Source: Pararhodobacter sp. (GTDB lineage Bacteria > Pseudomonadota > Alphaproteobacteria > Rhodobacterales > Rhodobacteraceae). Taken from it: a stretch of 64,000 bases of DNA. Positions 35,720-45,126 of this stretch are shown one piece after another; the first letter of the stretch is position 1, and each line of letters opens with the position of its first letter. The translations under genes were made by a program, and so were the position numbers. The stretch lies in assembly GCF_034676075.1 (NCBI RefSeq), contig NZ_JAUCCQ010000003.1:56034-120033 (forward strand), written 5' to 3'. The notes below the pieces were generated by a model. It saw only the letters and a list, made by a program, of their open reading frames with translations, was not told where the DNA came from and made no database searches.

Positions 35720-36702
35720 TCCGCCAGCAACCCGGCTTCCCGGTAGGCCGCGGCCGCACCCGGGTGGAAGGGGATGACGCTGGGCGTGGCCAGCAGCTCG
35801 ACCGTCAGATCGCCCATCGAGGAATGGACCGCGCGCATTTCGTCGAGGTGCTCGATCAGGGCGGCGGTGATCGTATGCGCCACCTCGTCGCTGAGCTGGT
35901 CATGGGTCAGCAGCAGCGCCCCCAGCGCGGAACTCGCCACATCGTTGGGCTGGTTGGAATAGCTGCCGCCGGGGATGATCATCCGGCCGGTGCCGTATTG
36001 GGCATTGGTGGCCTCGATCACCGCCTCGGGCACTTCCAGCAGCACGACATCGCTGTTCTCGTCGACGGCGCGGAAGCTCGAATGCAGTACGAAGATGCCG
36101 TTGGTGATCATGTCGAGGCGACCGTCCTGCATCAGCTCGGCCTGTTCGCTCGACCCGGCCCGCACCAGCTGCCCGCCATTGGCCGCCAGCGCCTCTTCGG
36201 TCACGCCCGCCTCGGCCAGCATGAAGAGCGCGAGGTCCGAGGTGATGTTGCCCGGCCGGTTGATCCCGATCCGCAAGGGCGCGCCGCTGGTGGCGATGTC
36301 GTCCAGGCTGTCGATGCCGTATTGTTCGGCGACACCGCGATCGAGGAAGAAATGCATCGGCGCCCAATTGTAGAGGTAGCCGATGGCGCGCAGGTTCTCG
36401 ATCGGCTCGCGGAAGGGGGCGGTGCCGGCCAGGGCCACGGTCGCCTCGGCGTCATGGGCCAGACCCAGATCGACGCGGTGGCTGGACAGAAGGCCGATAT
36501 TGGCGAAACCGCCGCCCGTGGATTGATAGGTCACGACCGAGGCGGGATCGGCCGCCTTGGCGACCCGGTCCAGCCCGACGCCGACCAGCGACCAGAGCCC
36601 GCCGGGGCTGGCGCCCGCCAGGTTGAGGTTCACCGCCTGGGCCTGGGCGCATCCGGCAGACAGGGCGACCGCGAGGGCGGTCACCAGGGGTTTGAAATTC
36701 AT
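35716..36702 (-). CDS. TAXI family TRAP transporter solute-binding protein
   Basis: Signal peptide ending CAQAQA. Motifs GASPGG.W and YQSTGGGFANIGLL. GGGAGGA RBS before ATG 36702. Confidence 0.8.
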   Translation of the reverse strand: MNFKPLVTALAVALSAGCAQAQAVNLNLAGASPGGLWSLVGVGLDRVAKAADPASVVTYQSTGGGFANIGLLSSHRVDLGLAHDAEATVALAGTAPFREPIENLRAIGYLYNWAPMHFFLDRGVAEQYGIDSLDDIATSGAPLRIGINRPGNITSDLALFMLAEAGVTEEALAANGGQLVRAGSSEQAELMQDGRLDMITNGIFVLHSSFRAVDENSDVVLLEVPEAVIEATNAQYGTGRMIIPGGSYSNQPNDVASSALGALLLTHDQLSDEVAHTITAALIEHLDEMRAVHSSMGDLTVELLATPSVIPFHPGAAAAYREAGLLAE

Positions 36703-36844
36703 GTCATCCTCCCTTTCAGACATGGTCGTGGCGATGGACCGGCCCTGGTCGAGACACTCCTCCCGGGTGGTCCGGCTGCGTCTTCCCGTCTGATTCCCCG
36801 GCGCGCGTCGCATGGTGACACAGAGCGTCCGTGCAGGCGAAAAG

Positions 36845-36863
36845 ATATAACTTAGACGTCTAT
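36845..36863. promoter_or_regulatory. ACTTAG-containing operator-like site (contains the perfect palindrome TAGACGTCTA)
   Basis: ATATAACTTAGACGTCTAT directly abuts the predicted -10 of the TAXI promoter. Confidence 0.45.
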
Positions 36864-36893
36864 TTTGTAGCGAGGAACCTTTCTTTGCGTCAA
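36864..36893 (-). promoter_or_regulatory. sigma70-like promoter for the TAXI-TRAP operon
   Basis: Minus strand reads TTGACG, an 18-nt spacer, then TACAAA. The local stretch is AT-rich. Confidence 0.35.
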
Positions 36894-37050
36894 GGAGAAA
36901 CACCGGGGACTTGACATTTTATCATTGTTTTTCATTGATCTACGCCGGATTCCGGCCGCCAAATGGACACCCCACCCGGCCGGCTTTCCCGGCAGGCGCT
37001 CCCCCTCCGCCCCGGCAGTGGCCGAGGCACTCCTTCCCTTGCGGTGCCCC

Positions 37051-38331
37051 CTATTCGGCGGCGGTGCTCGTGGCCTCGCGGACCAGCGTCCGCCAATCGA
37101 CCTCTTTCGGATAGATCCCCTCGCGCGAGGCGATGCTCGCCTGCGGCGTGCGCGGCTCCTCGGTGCCGATGGCCCGCCCGCCCTCGGCGACGCTGCGCGC
37201 GGCATCGACCATCAGCCGGCGGAATTCGACGATGGCCAGATCCGAAGCGCCCAGCGTGTCCGAATGCCGCTCGACTCGCGGACCCATGCTGACCCACATG
37301 GCGATATCCTGGTTGGGAATCCCCTGGATGCCGGTGAAATTGCCCGCTGCCATCGCCTCGCGGTCCTGCAGGAAATCGTTCTCCAGCGTGCGGAGCGGGC
37401 GCCATTTCGGGTCCAGATCCTCGCCCGGAACGGCGTGGTTGAAACGGCGCCATTCCTCGGTCGTGGGCGTCTTGCGGGCGCCCCAGGCGATGAAGTGGAA
37501 GGCGGTTTCGGTGTCGTTGATCGGCACGATGACCGAGGCGACGTTATAAGCGTTGTTCGGCGGAATCAGCGAATAGAAGGGCGCAATGAATTCGGTGATG
37601 CGCAGGTAGTTATGCGTGGCCGCGTTGCGGATCGGGGTGCGGATTGCGGCGTAATGGAAGCCGTAGCGGGTCGTCTCGGTCTGCATCCGGGGCGAGCGGT
37701 CGGTCGACGGGCGATACCAGCTCTTGTCGTCGGCCGAGGCGCTTTCGACCCGCGCGGGCTTCATGTCCGAGGAATGCAGCGACGAGGAATGGGCGCTGTC
37801 GATCTGGCCCTCGTGGATCTGCGCCCAGTTCGCCGGAACCCTGATCTTTAGGATGGCGATATCGGTATTTGAGGTCGGGGCGAAGGCGGGCGGCATGAAG
37901 GCAGGCATCGCCTCCTTGTCGCCCAGCCAGGCCCAGACGAAGCCGCCCCATTCCTGCGTCGGATAGGCCCGCGCCTTGACCTTGTTCTTCAGGGGGCTGG
38001 CGTCGGGTTCCGAGGACATGGCGACCGTGTTGCCGTGAATGTCGAATTTCCAGCCGTGATAGAGGCAGCGCAGCCCGCATTCCTCGTTGCGGCCGTAAAC
38101 CAGCGAGGCCTTGCGATGCGGGCAGAGTTCGTCCAGCAGGCCGAGCCGCCCTTCGGTATCGCGGAAGGCCACGTATTTCTCGCCCAGAACCTCGACCCGC
38201 AGCGGCTTGCCATCTGGCTCGGCCACTTCCTCGATCAGGCAGACCGGCACCCAGTGCTGGCGCATCAGCCGCGCCATCGGCGCGTCGCCGGTCACACGGG
38301 TCAGCAGGTCGTTCTCTTCTTGGGTCAGCAT
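37051..38331 (-). CDS. phthalate 4,5-dioxygenase-type (class IA) Rieske oxygenase
   Basis: MLTQEENDLLTRVTGDAPMARLMR N-terminus. Rieske motif CPHRKASL...CLYHGWKF. Iron motif NWAQIHEGQIDSAHSSSLH. GAAGGA RBS before ATG 38331; the ORF track starts at TTG 38355. Confidence 0.85.
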   Translation of the reverse strand: MLTQEENDLLTRVTGDAPMARLMRQHWVPVCLIEEVAEPDGKPLRVEVLGEKYVAFRDTEGRLGLLDELCPHRKASLVYGRNEECGLRCLYHGWKFDIHGNTVAMSSEPDASPLKNKVKARAYPTQEWGGFVWAWLGDKEAMPAFMPPAFAPTSNTDIAILKIRVPANWAQIHEGQIDSAHSSSLHSSDMKPARVESASADDKSWYRPSTDRSPRMQTETTRYGFHYAAIRTPIRNAATHNYLRITEFIAPFYSLIPPNNAYNVASVIVPINDTETAFHFIAWGARKTPTTEEWRRFNHAVPGEDLDPKWRPLRTLENDFLQDREAMAAGNFTGIQGIPNQDIAMWVSMGPRVERHSDTLGASDLAIVEFRRLMVDAARSVAEGGRAIGTEEPRTPQASIASREGIYPKEVDWRTLVREATSTAAE

Positions 38332-38391
38332 CGCTTGGGTCCTTCTGTTCCGCAACCGCCCGCCGGAAGGGGCGGCTGCAAGCCTGTTGAC

Positions 38392-38414
38392 AGATAATAC
38401 TTAGCTATCTAAGT
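38392..38414. promoter_or_regulatory. ACTTAG-N4-CTAAGT inverted repeat in the divergent oxygenase/reductase region
   Basis: AGATAATACTTAGCTATCTAAGT, with perfect 6-bp arms. Confidence 0.5.
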
Positions 38415-38443
38415 CTTTCAAGGAATTTCTGAGCGGAGGATGC

Positions 38444-39388
38444 ATGTTTGATTTTCCAATCGCGCTGACGGTGGCCGGACGGCGCGACCTGACGCCCTCG
38501 GTGGTGGAGTTCAGGCTGGTCCGCGCGGATGGTTCCGCCCTGCCCCCCTTCGCCGCGGGCGCCCACCTGACCCTGCGGACGCCTTCGGGCGCGATGCGGC
38601 GCTATTCGCTGGTCAACGAGGGCACGGCGCCGACCGACTACGTGATCGCCGTGAAGCGCGAACCCGACTCGCGCGGTGGCTCGCGGTCGATGCATGACGA
38701 GGCGCTCCCCGGCGTCACCCTCGACGTGACCGAGATGGAAAATACCTTCGCCCTGACCGAGGCCCCGGATTACCTGCTGGTCGCTGGCGGTATCGGCATC
38801 ACGCCCCTTTATGCCATGGCGCAGGAGCTGGAGCGGCGGAGCAAGCCCTTCACCCTGATCTATTGCACCCGCAGCGCCGAGGAGACCGCCTATCGCGAGG
38901 AACTGGCGCAGGCCTTCGGCGCCCGGGTGCATTTTCACCATGACCAGGGCGATCCCGCGCAGGTCTATGATTTCTGGGACCATTTCGCCGAGCCCCGCCC
39001 GCAGCACGTCTTCTGCTGCGGCCCCAAACCGCTGATGGAGGAAATCGCCGCCCTGACCGGCCACTGGCCCGAGGGCCGGGTGCATTTCGAGGAATTCCGC
39101 CCGGTCGAGATCGTGCGCGCCACCGATCAGGCCTTCGAGGTGGAGCTGAAACGCTCGGGCCGGGTGATGAAAGTGCCCGCCGACCGCTCGATCCTGGAGG
39201 CCCTGCGCGAGGCGGGGGAGCGCACGGTCTCCTCCTGCGAAAGCGGCACCTGCGGGACCTGCAAGACCCGGCTGCTGGCGGGCGAGGCCGATCACCGCGA
39301 CATGGTGCTGATGGACGAGGAAAAGCCCTCGCATATCATGATCTGCGTCTCGCGCAGTCAGGGCGGGAGGCTGGTCCTTGACCTCTGA
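38444..39388 (+). CDS. phthalate dioxygenase reductase-type (PDR/VanB) FMN/NAD/2Fe-2S oxidoreductase
   Basis: RRYSL FMN motif, LLVAGGIGITP NAD fold, and C-terminal CESGTCGTCKTRL plant-type ferredoxin domain. Confidence 0.85.
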   Translation: MFDFPIALTVAGRRDLTPSVVEFRLVRADGSALPPFAAGAHLTLRTPSGAMRRYSLVNEGTAPTDYVIAVKREPDSRGGSRSMHDEALPGVTLDVTEMENTFALTEAPDYLLVAGGIGITPLYAMAQELERRSKPFTLIYCTRSAEETAYREELAQAFGARVHFHHDQGDPAQVYDFWDHFAEPRPQHVFCCGPKPLMEEIAALTGHWPEGRVHFEEFRPVEIVRATDQAFEVELKRSGRVMKVPADRSILEALREAGERTVSSCESGTCGTCKTRLLAGEADHRDMVLMDEEKPSHIMICVSRSQGGRLVLDL

Positions 39389-40559
39389 GCCGATCCGTCT
39401 GGGTGTCGCTGGGCTGGGCCGCGCCTTCGTGCTGATGCTGCCCAGCCTCCGCGCCGATCCGCGGCTGCGGCTGGTCGCCGCCGCCAGCCCCTCCCCGCGC
39501 GAGGCCGCCGCCTTCACCGCGGAATTCGGCGGGCCCTGCCACGCCGATGTGGCCGCGCTCTGCGCCGATCCGGGGGTCGAGGCGGTCTATGTCGCCACCC
39601 CCCACGCCCTGCACCGCGCCCATGTGATCGCGGCGCTGGAAGCCGGCAAACATGTGCTGGTGGAAAAGCCGCTGGCGGTGACGCTGGCGGATGGCCTCGC
39701 CATGGTCGAGGCGGCGCGAAAGGCGAACCGGCATCTGATCGTCGGCCCCAGCCACAGTTTCGACGCGCCGGTCGCCCTGGCCCGCCAGATCATCGACAGC
39801 GGCGAATTCGGCCGGCTGCGCATGGTGCAGGCGCTGAACTACACCGATTTCCTCTATCGACCGCGCAGGCCCGAGGAATTGCGCTCGGACCAAGGCGGCG
39901 GCGTCATCTTCAGCCAGGGCATACATCAAATCGATATCGTGCGCCTGCTGGCCGGGGGGATGGTCACGCAGGTCAGCGCCATGACCGGCGCCTGGGACCC
40001 GCAACGGCCCGGTGAAGGCGCCTATGCCGCGCTGATGCACTTCGCCGACGGCGCCTTCGCCTCGCTCAGCTATTCCGGCATGGCGCATTTCGATAGCGAC
40101 GTCTGGATGGGCAATGTGGGGGAGCTGGGCCACGACAAGCCCGCCGACAGCTACGGCGCGGCTCGGCGGGCACTGGCAAGCGCCGCCCCTGCTGACGAGA
40201 TCGCGCTGAAAGAGGCCCGCACCTTCGGCGGCGGCCATCAGCCCGCGCCCGCGCAGCATCACGAACATTTCGGGCCGATCCTCGCGCTTTGCGACCGGGC
40301 CGACCTGCGGCTCACCCCCGACGGGGTCGAAGTCTCGGCCAACACGAGGCGCGAGTTTCGTCGCTGCCCCCTGAGCGCCGCAACCCGCGCGCCGGTCCTC
40401 GACGCGCTGGTCGCCGCGCTGCGCGAAGGCCGCACGCCCGTTCAGACCGGGGCCTGGGGCCTCGCCAGCCTCGAGGTCTGCCACGCGATCATCGCCTCGG
40501 CTGCCAGCGGCCAGCCGCAGCGCCTTCACCATCAGATCACCACAGGGATGGAAACATGA
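39378..40559 (+). CDS. Gfo/Idh/MocA family oxidoreductase (likely cis-dihydrodiol dehydrogenase, Pht4-like)
   Basis: RLGVAGLGRAF Rossmann start and EKPLA motif. TTG start preceded by GGGAGG. The operon context supplies the functional guess. Confidence 0.75.
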   Translation: MTSEPIRLGVAGLGRAFVLMLPSLRADPRLRLVAAASPSPREAAAFTAEFGGPCHADVAALCADPGVEAVYVATPHALHRAHVIAALEAGKHVLVEKPLAVTLADGLAMVEAARKANRHLIVGPSHSFDAPVALARQIIDSGEFGRLRMVQALNYTDFLYRPRRPEELRSDQGGGVIFSQGIHQIDIVRLLAGGMVTQVSAMTGAWDPQRPGEGAYAALMHFADGAFASLSYSGMAHFDSDVWMGNVGELGHDKPADSYGAARRALASAAPADEIALKEARTFGGGHQPAPAQHHEHFGPILALCDRADLRLTPDGVEVSANTRREFRRCPLSAATRAPVLDALVAALREGRTPVQTGAWGLASLEVCHAIIASAASGQPQRLHHQITTGMET

Positions 40560-41548
40560 CCACGCTTTCGCTTTCGCTCGCAATGGGGGATTACGACCGC
40601 ACCCGCCCTCTCGTTGACGGGCGCGTCGCCATCGACGGCGTGTCGCCGATCCCGATGCTGCTGAGCCCGGAAGAAATGTTCTTCCGCGCCTTCCGCCATA
40701 AGGCCTTCGATATCTGCGAGTTGTCGCTGTCGTCCTACGCGATCTCGGTTGCCCGGGGGGATGCGCATTACGTCGCCGTGCCGGTCTATCTGAGCCGGGC
40801 GTTCCGCCACACCTCAGTCTATATCCGCTCCGACCGTGGGATTCGGGCGCCCGCCGACCTCAAGGGGAGGCGGATCGGCATCGCCGAGTATCAGCTGACG
40901 GCGAATGTCTGGGTGCGTGGGATCCTTGAGGAACATTACGGCCTCGACCCGGCCGAGGTTCAGTGGGTGCGGGGTGGCATGAACACCCCGGGAAGGCCGG
41001 AGAAGATCAAGGTCGTGCTGCCCGACACCATCCACATGGAGGCCGCGCCAGACGGGCGCTCGCTCAACGACCTGCTGGTCGCAGGCGAGATCGACGGCTT
41101 CATCGGCCCGCGCGCGCCCCGCTGCCACGACGAAGGACATCCGCTGATCGGGCGGCTCTGGTCCGATACCGTGGCCGAAGCCTCGGACTATTTCGCGAAA
41201 ACCGGAATCTTTCCGATCATGCATGTGCTGGGCCTGCGCCGCAGTCTGGCCGAGGCGCATCCCTGGCTGCCCGGCGCGCTGGTCAAGGCCTTCACCCGTG
41301 CCCGCGACCTGGCGCAGGAGGCGCTTGCCGATACCTCTGCCACCAAGGTCACCATGCCCTTCGTCGAGGACACGCTGGCGCGCGCGCGGCGGCTGATGGG
41401 TCCCGATCCCTGGAGCTATGGTCTGGGTCAGAACCGCGCGGTGCTGGACACCTTCCTGCGCTATCATCATGAACAAGGTCTCTCGCCCCGCCGCGTCACG
41501 CCTGAAGAGCTGTTCCACCCCGCCTCGGTCGAAAGCTACAGCTTGTGA
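40556..41548 (+). CDS. 4,5-dihydroxyphthalate decarboxylase-like protein (Pht5/OphC family)
   Basis: 330 aa. N-terminus LSLAMGDYDRTRPLVDGRVAIDG...FDICELSLSSY. ATGA overlap with the upstream gene. Confidence 0.75.
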   Translation: MTTLSLSLAMGDYDRTRPLVDGRVAIDGVSPIPMLLSPEEMFFRAFRHKAFDICELSLSSYAISVARGDAHYVAVPVYLSRAFRHTSVYIRSDRGIRAPADLKGRRIGIAEYQLTANVWVRGILEEHYGLDPAEVQWVRGGMNTPGRPEKIKVVLPDTIHMEAAPDGRSLNDLLVAGEIDGFIGPRAPRCHDEGHPLIGRLWSDTVAEASDYFAKTGIFPIMHVLGLRRSLAEAHPWLPGALVKAFTRARDLAQEALADTSATKVTMPFVEDTLARARRLMGPDPWSYGLGQNRAVLDTFLRYHHEQGLSPRRVTPEELFHPASVESYSL

Positions 41549-41556
41549 AGGTGTCC

Positions 41557-41997
41557 ATGCACGAGAACTTCCGCCCCGGTGAACTGGTCGAGATCGCCCT
41601 GCCCGACCGCCTGGCGCATGTGCAGGTGACGCATCTGCACGCCAGCTATCCGCCGGTGGTGCGGGTGCTGGAGAATCGCCCTGGGGCCCGGTCGGGCGAT
41701 CCGGCCACCATCGCGGCGGGAGCTACGGCCTTTACCGCGATGCTACCGCTGGGGGCGGTCCTGATGCGGCTGGGGCTGCGGGCGACCCGGCTGGGCGTGC
41801 AGACGATCCCGGCCAGTGACGCGGGTTTCCCCACCTTCCGCATGCCGATCCGGGGCCGGTCGGGCGAGGTGTTGTACTGGTGGCTGTGGGATGGCACTTC
41901 CCTGCGCTACGAGGTGGCGCCCGGCACGGATCTGGATGCCCTTCCCCTGCGCGAAGTCATGAGCGCCGAGGATTTCCTCGCGGGTCTGACGCGCTGA
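41557..41997 (+). CDS. hypothetical protein (146 aa), last gene of the phthalate-type operon
   Basis: GAAGGTG RBS before ATG 41557; the ORF track starts at GTG 41545. High GC3. No family recognised. Confidence 0.55.
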   Translation: MHENFRPGELVEIALPDRLAHVQVTHLHASYPPVVRVLENRPGARSGDPATIAAGATAFTAMLPLGAVLMRLGLRATRLGVQTIPASDAGFPTFRMPIRGRSGEVLYWWLWDGTSLRYEVAPGTDLDALPLREVMSAEDFLAGLTR

Positions 41998-42009
41998 ACC
42001 CCGACGGCC

Positions 42010-42429
42010 TCAGCCCACAAGAAAGCGGTGAAAGCGCCGGTGCAGCCAGGGGAGCGTCCAGGCGGTGTTGATCCCGGTCAGCACCAGCGCCACCACCAGC
42101 AGGGACAGCGGCCGCGGGAGCCCGCCGATCAGCGGGTCCAGCCCGTAAACCAGCAGAACCAGCGCCGGAAAGACCGCCAGAAACGCGATGAGCCATCGCT
42201 TGTGGAAGGGAACCGGGCGCGGCGCCGAGGTCAGATCCGGCTGTACCTCGGCGAGTCCGGCCAGCGCCTGCCGCAGTGTCGCGCCGCTGACTCCCTCCGC
42301 CAGAACCAGCCAATGCCCGTCGATCCGGCACCACTCCCGGGCGGGCGTAGCCGCCGGGTTCAGCGCGGTCAGGATGGCAAAAACCCGGTCACGGTTGGCG
42401 AGGGGAACGAGGAGGGGGACGGGTTTCAT
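42010..42429 (-). CDS. hypothetical protein with a soluble N-domain and two C-terminal transmembrane helices
   Basis: 139 aa. WLIAFLAVFPALVLLVYGL and LSLLVVALVLTGINTAW are hydrophobic segments. Confidence 0.55.
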   Translation of the reverse strand: MKPVPLLVPLANRDRVFAILTALNPAATPAREWCRIDGHWLVLAEGVSGATLRQALAGLAEVQPDLTSAPRPVPFHKRWLIAFLAVFPALVLLVYGLDPLIGGLPRPLSLLVVALVLTGINTAWTLPWLHRRFHRFLVG

Positions 42430-42484
42430 GCGCAGGCTCGACGAGAGGCGGGTTCGGTCGGCGCGGTTGCCGTGTCATAGATTC

Positions 42485-42500
42485 GATATCTAAGTATTAG
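42485..42500. promoter_or_regulatory. third ACTTAG-type operator-like site, upstream of marR
   Basis: Reverse complement CTAATACTTAGATATC matches 13 of 16 positions of the 38394-38409 site. Confidence 0.45.
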
Positions 42501-42596
42501 CAACCCGCCCCCCAGTCAAGTTGTCTTCCCATCCGACAGGCCCGGCAGAAAATACCCGGTGCGCCCGGTCCTGATGTCCAGTAAGTTGAAGACCTT

Positions 42597-43130
42597 GTGA
42601 CATTTAACCGGGATCAGGCCATGCAGGACGGCGCATCAGAGCTGCACGATGACGAGAGGCTGGCGCGACTGATCCGGCTATCCGCGCGCGGGTTCAACCG
42701 GGCGCTGTCGTTGCGGTTGCAGCAGCATGATGTGACGTTCGGGCAATGGATCTTCCTGCGCATCCTCTGGGTCGAGGACGGGCTATCGCAGCGCGAACTC
42801 AGCCAGCGCGCCAATGTGACCGAGCCCACGACCCACACCGCGTTGAAAAAGCTGGAGCTCCAGGGGCTGATCCGGCGCGAGAACCCCGACGACAACCGCC
42901 GCCGCCAGCACACCTATCTGACCGAGCAGGGCAAGGCCCTGCGCGCGGTTCTCGAACCGCTGGCTATCGAGGCCAACGAAGTCGCCGCCGAGGGACTGTC
43001 TGCCACCGAGCGCGAGGATTTCCGCCGCTATCTTCTGATCCTGATCCGCAATCTGGAACGCGACGAGGCCGAGGCTTCGAAGCAGGGCCTGAAAGTGCCG
43101 CCAAAACGGGGTTGGACCGGCGACGTCTGA
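42597..43130 (+). CDS. MarR family transcriptional regulator
   Basis: wHTH LSQRELSQRANVTEPTTHTALKKLELQGLIRRE. An alternative ATG start lies at 42621. Confidence 0.85.
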   Translation: MTFNRDQAMQDGASELHDDERLARLIRLSARGFNRALSLRLQQHDVTFGQWIFLRILWVEDGLSQRELSQRANVTEPTTHTALKKLELQGLIRRENPDDNRRRQHTYLTEQGKALRAVLEPLAIEANEVAAEGLSATEREDFRRYLLILIRNLERDEAEASKQGLKVPPKRGWTGDV

Positions 43131-43341
43131 GACGCTCTCAGCCGTTGACCCGTCAGGATTCCACCCAGGAATCCCCTGTTCACGACTAATCGCTCGGTCC
43201 GAAAGACTCCTCTGGCTTCATTCTAGGTGACACGTCGGTGGCGCGCGCCGGTTTGACCAGCATGAGCGGGACTTCTTGCCGATAGCGACGGCAATAGGTG
43301 TGGACCGCCCTGCCTGCAGAGGCCAAGGTCCAAACGGCCCT

Positions 43342-44220
43342 TCAGAAGAAGTCTGCAATCGCTTGGACGATTGGCTGGAGATCCGGGCTTTGAGCCCGCG
43401 AGCCGGACCAGAACAGAAACAGATCGGCGGCAGCGCTGGGGGAGGAAATCGGCAGCGTGACCAAGGCGCCCCCGTCATAGCTGATGTGTCCTGGCGGATT
43501 GGAATAGCTGATGCCGATGCCCATGCCATGCGCGGCGAAGGATCGCATCAATTCCAGCGACGAGGCCCGATGCGCGATCCTGGGCGCCAGGTTGAGGGCG
43601 TCGAACAGCGACTGGATATACCCGACAGACAGCCCCTCGCTCGACAGGATGAGCGGATGATCGGCGATCTGCTCCAGTGTCAGGGAGGGCTGGTCTGCCA
43701 GCGGGTGCCCCTGGGGCAGGAAAGCCACGGGCACCACGCTCCGCAGCTTCAGGCGCTCGAAGCGGCCCTCGAAACCGATGTCGTAGGAGAGGGCGACATC
43801 GGCCTTTCCTTCGGCCAGGTCGCGGGAGAGACTGGCAAAGCGCCCCTCCTGCCCGCGGAACGCCTGTGCCGGGACCTGCCGCTGCAGGACGTCGAGGATC
43901 GGGGCCAGATACCACGGCGCGATATCTTCGAAGCATCCTACGACGACGGGGCGGTTGGCATCGGACGCCTTCTCGATTTCCTGCGCCAGCGCGAGCAGGT
44001 CGCGCGCCCGTTCCACCAGCCGATGCCCGAAGGGGGTGACGACGATCACCGACCCCTTGCGGCGCAGGAAGATCCTCTCGCCCAGGATCTCCTCGACACG
44101 GCTGATCGCCACCGAGAGCGAGGGCTGCGACACATGCAGGCGCGCCGCCGCGGCGGTGACACTGCGCGCCTCGGCGACGGCGACGATGTATTCGTACTGG
44201 CGCAGGGTTATGGATAGCAT
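43342..44220 (-). CDS. LysR family transcriptional regulator
   Basis: ITLRQYEYIVAVAEARSVTAAAARLHVSQPSLSVAISRVEE. Confidence 0.9.
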   Translation of the reverse strand: MLSITLRQYEYIVAVAEARSVTAAAARLHVSQPSLSVAISRVEEILGERIFLRRKGSVIVVTPFGHRLVERARDLLALAQEIEKASDANRPVVVGCFEDIAPWYLAPILDVLQRQVPAQAFRGQEGRFASLSRDLAEGKADVALSYDIGFEGRFERLKLRSVVPVAFLPQGHPLADQPSLTLEQIADHPLILSSEGLSVGYIQSLFDALNLAPRIAHRASSLELMRSFAAHGMGIGISYSNPPGHISYDGGALVTLPISSPSAAADLFLFWSGSRAQSPDLQPIVQAIADFF

Positions 44221-44302
44221 GACACTATTTATTCTATGAAGATATATGATTGGAAACTAAATTCTCGCCCGTCTACCGTCGGCACGCAAAAGGAGACACG
44301 CG

Positions 44303-45097
44303 ATGCATGACCTGGTGACACAAGCGGATATCGATGCCTTCCAGCGCGACGGGGTTGTCCTGATCAAGGGGTTGTTCAGGGACCATGTCGACGGTCTGCG
44401 CCGAGGCATCGAGCGCAACATGGCTGAGCCCGGCCCCTATGCCGCCGAGAACCTCAAGGCAGGGGAGGGCGGGCGGTTCTTTGACGATTACTGCAACTGG
44501 ACCCGCATCCCCGAATTCGAACAGGCCATTCGCCATTCACCGGCCGCCGAGGTCGCCGCGGACCTCATGCAATCGCGGCAGGTCCAGATGTTCCACGACC
44601 ACGTGCTGGTCAAGGAACCCGGCACCTCGAAGCCGACGCCCTGGCATCAGGACGGCCCCTATTACTTCGTCGAGGGCAAGCAGACCGTCAGCTTCTGGTC
44701 GCCGATGGACCCCGTGCGCGAGGCCAGCCTGCGTTGCGTGGCGGGCAGTCATGCCTGGGAGAAGCCCGTGCTGCCCACGCGCTGGCTGGCCGAGACCAGC
44801 TTCTACCCCGAGGATGACGCCTACATGCCGGTGCCGGATCCCGATGCCGAGGGCATGGACATCCGGGAATGGCACATGGAGCCGGGGGATGCGGTCGCCT
44901 TCAACTACGGCATCCTTCACGGCGCGCGGGGCAACACCACCCAAAGCCGCCGCCGGGCTTTCTCGCTGCGGCTGGTGGGCGATGACGCGCGCTATGTCGA
45001 GCGGCCGGGCCGGACCTCGCCCCCCTATCCCGGGCACGGCATGACCCCGGGACAGGTGCTGCGCGAGGATTGGTTCCCGATCCTCTATCGGCGGTAG
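44303..45097 (+). CDS. phytanoyl-CoA dioxygenase (PhyH) family Fe(II)/2-oxoglutarate oxygenase
   Basis: IDAFQRDGVVLIKGLF start, WHQD iron motif and a later H..RGN segment. Confidence 0.8.
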   Translation: MHDLVTQADIDAFQRDGVVLIKGLFRDHVDGLRRGIERNMAEPGPYAAENLKAGEGGRFFDDYCNWTRIPEFEQAIRHSPAAEVAADLMQSRQVQMFHDHVLVKEPGTSKPTPWHQDGPYYFVEGKQTVSFWSPMDPVREASLRCVAGSHAWEKPVLPTRWLAETSFYPEDDAYMPVPDPDAEGMDIREWHMEPGDAVAFNYGILHGARGNTTQSRRRAFSLRLVGDDARYVERPGRTSPPYPGHGMTPGQVLREDWFPILYRR

Positions 45098-45126
45098 GCC
45101 GGACCGGGCGCCCTGCTTCTGCGCCG

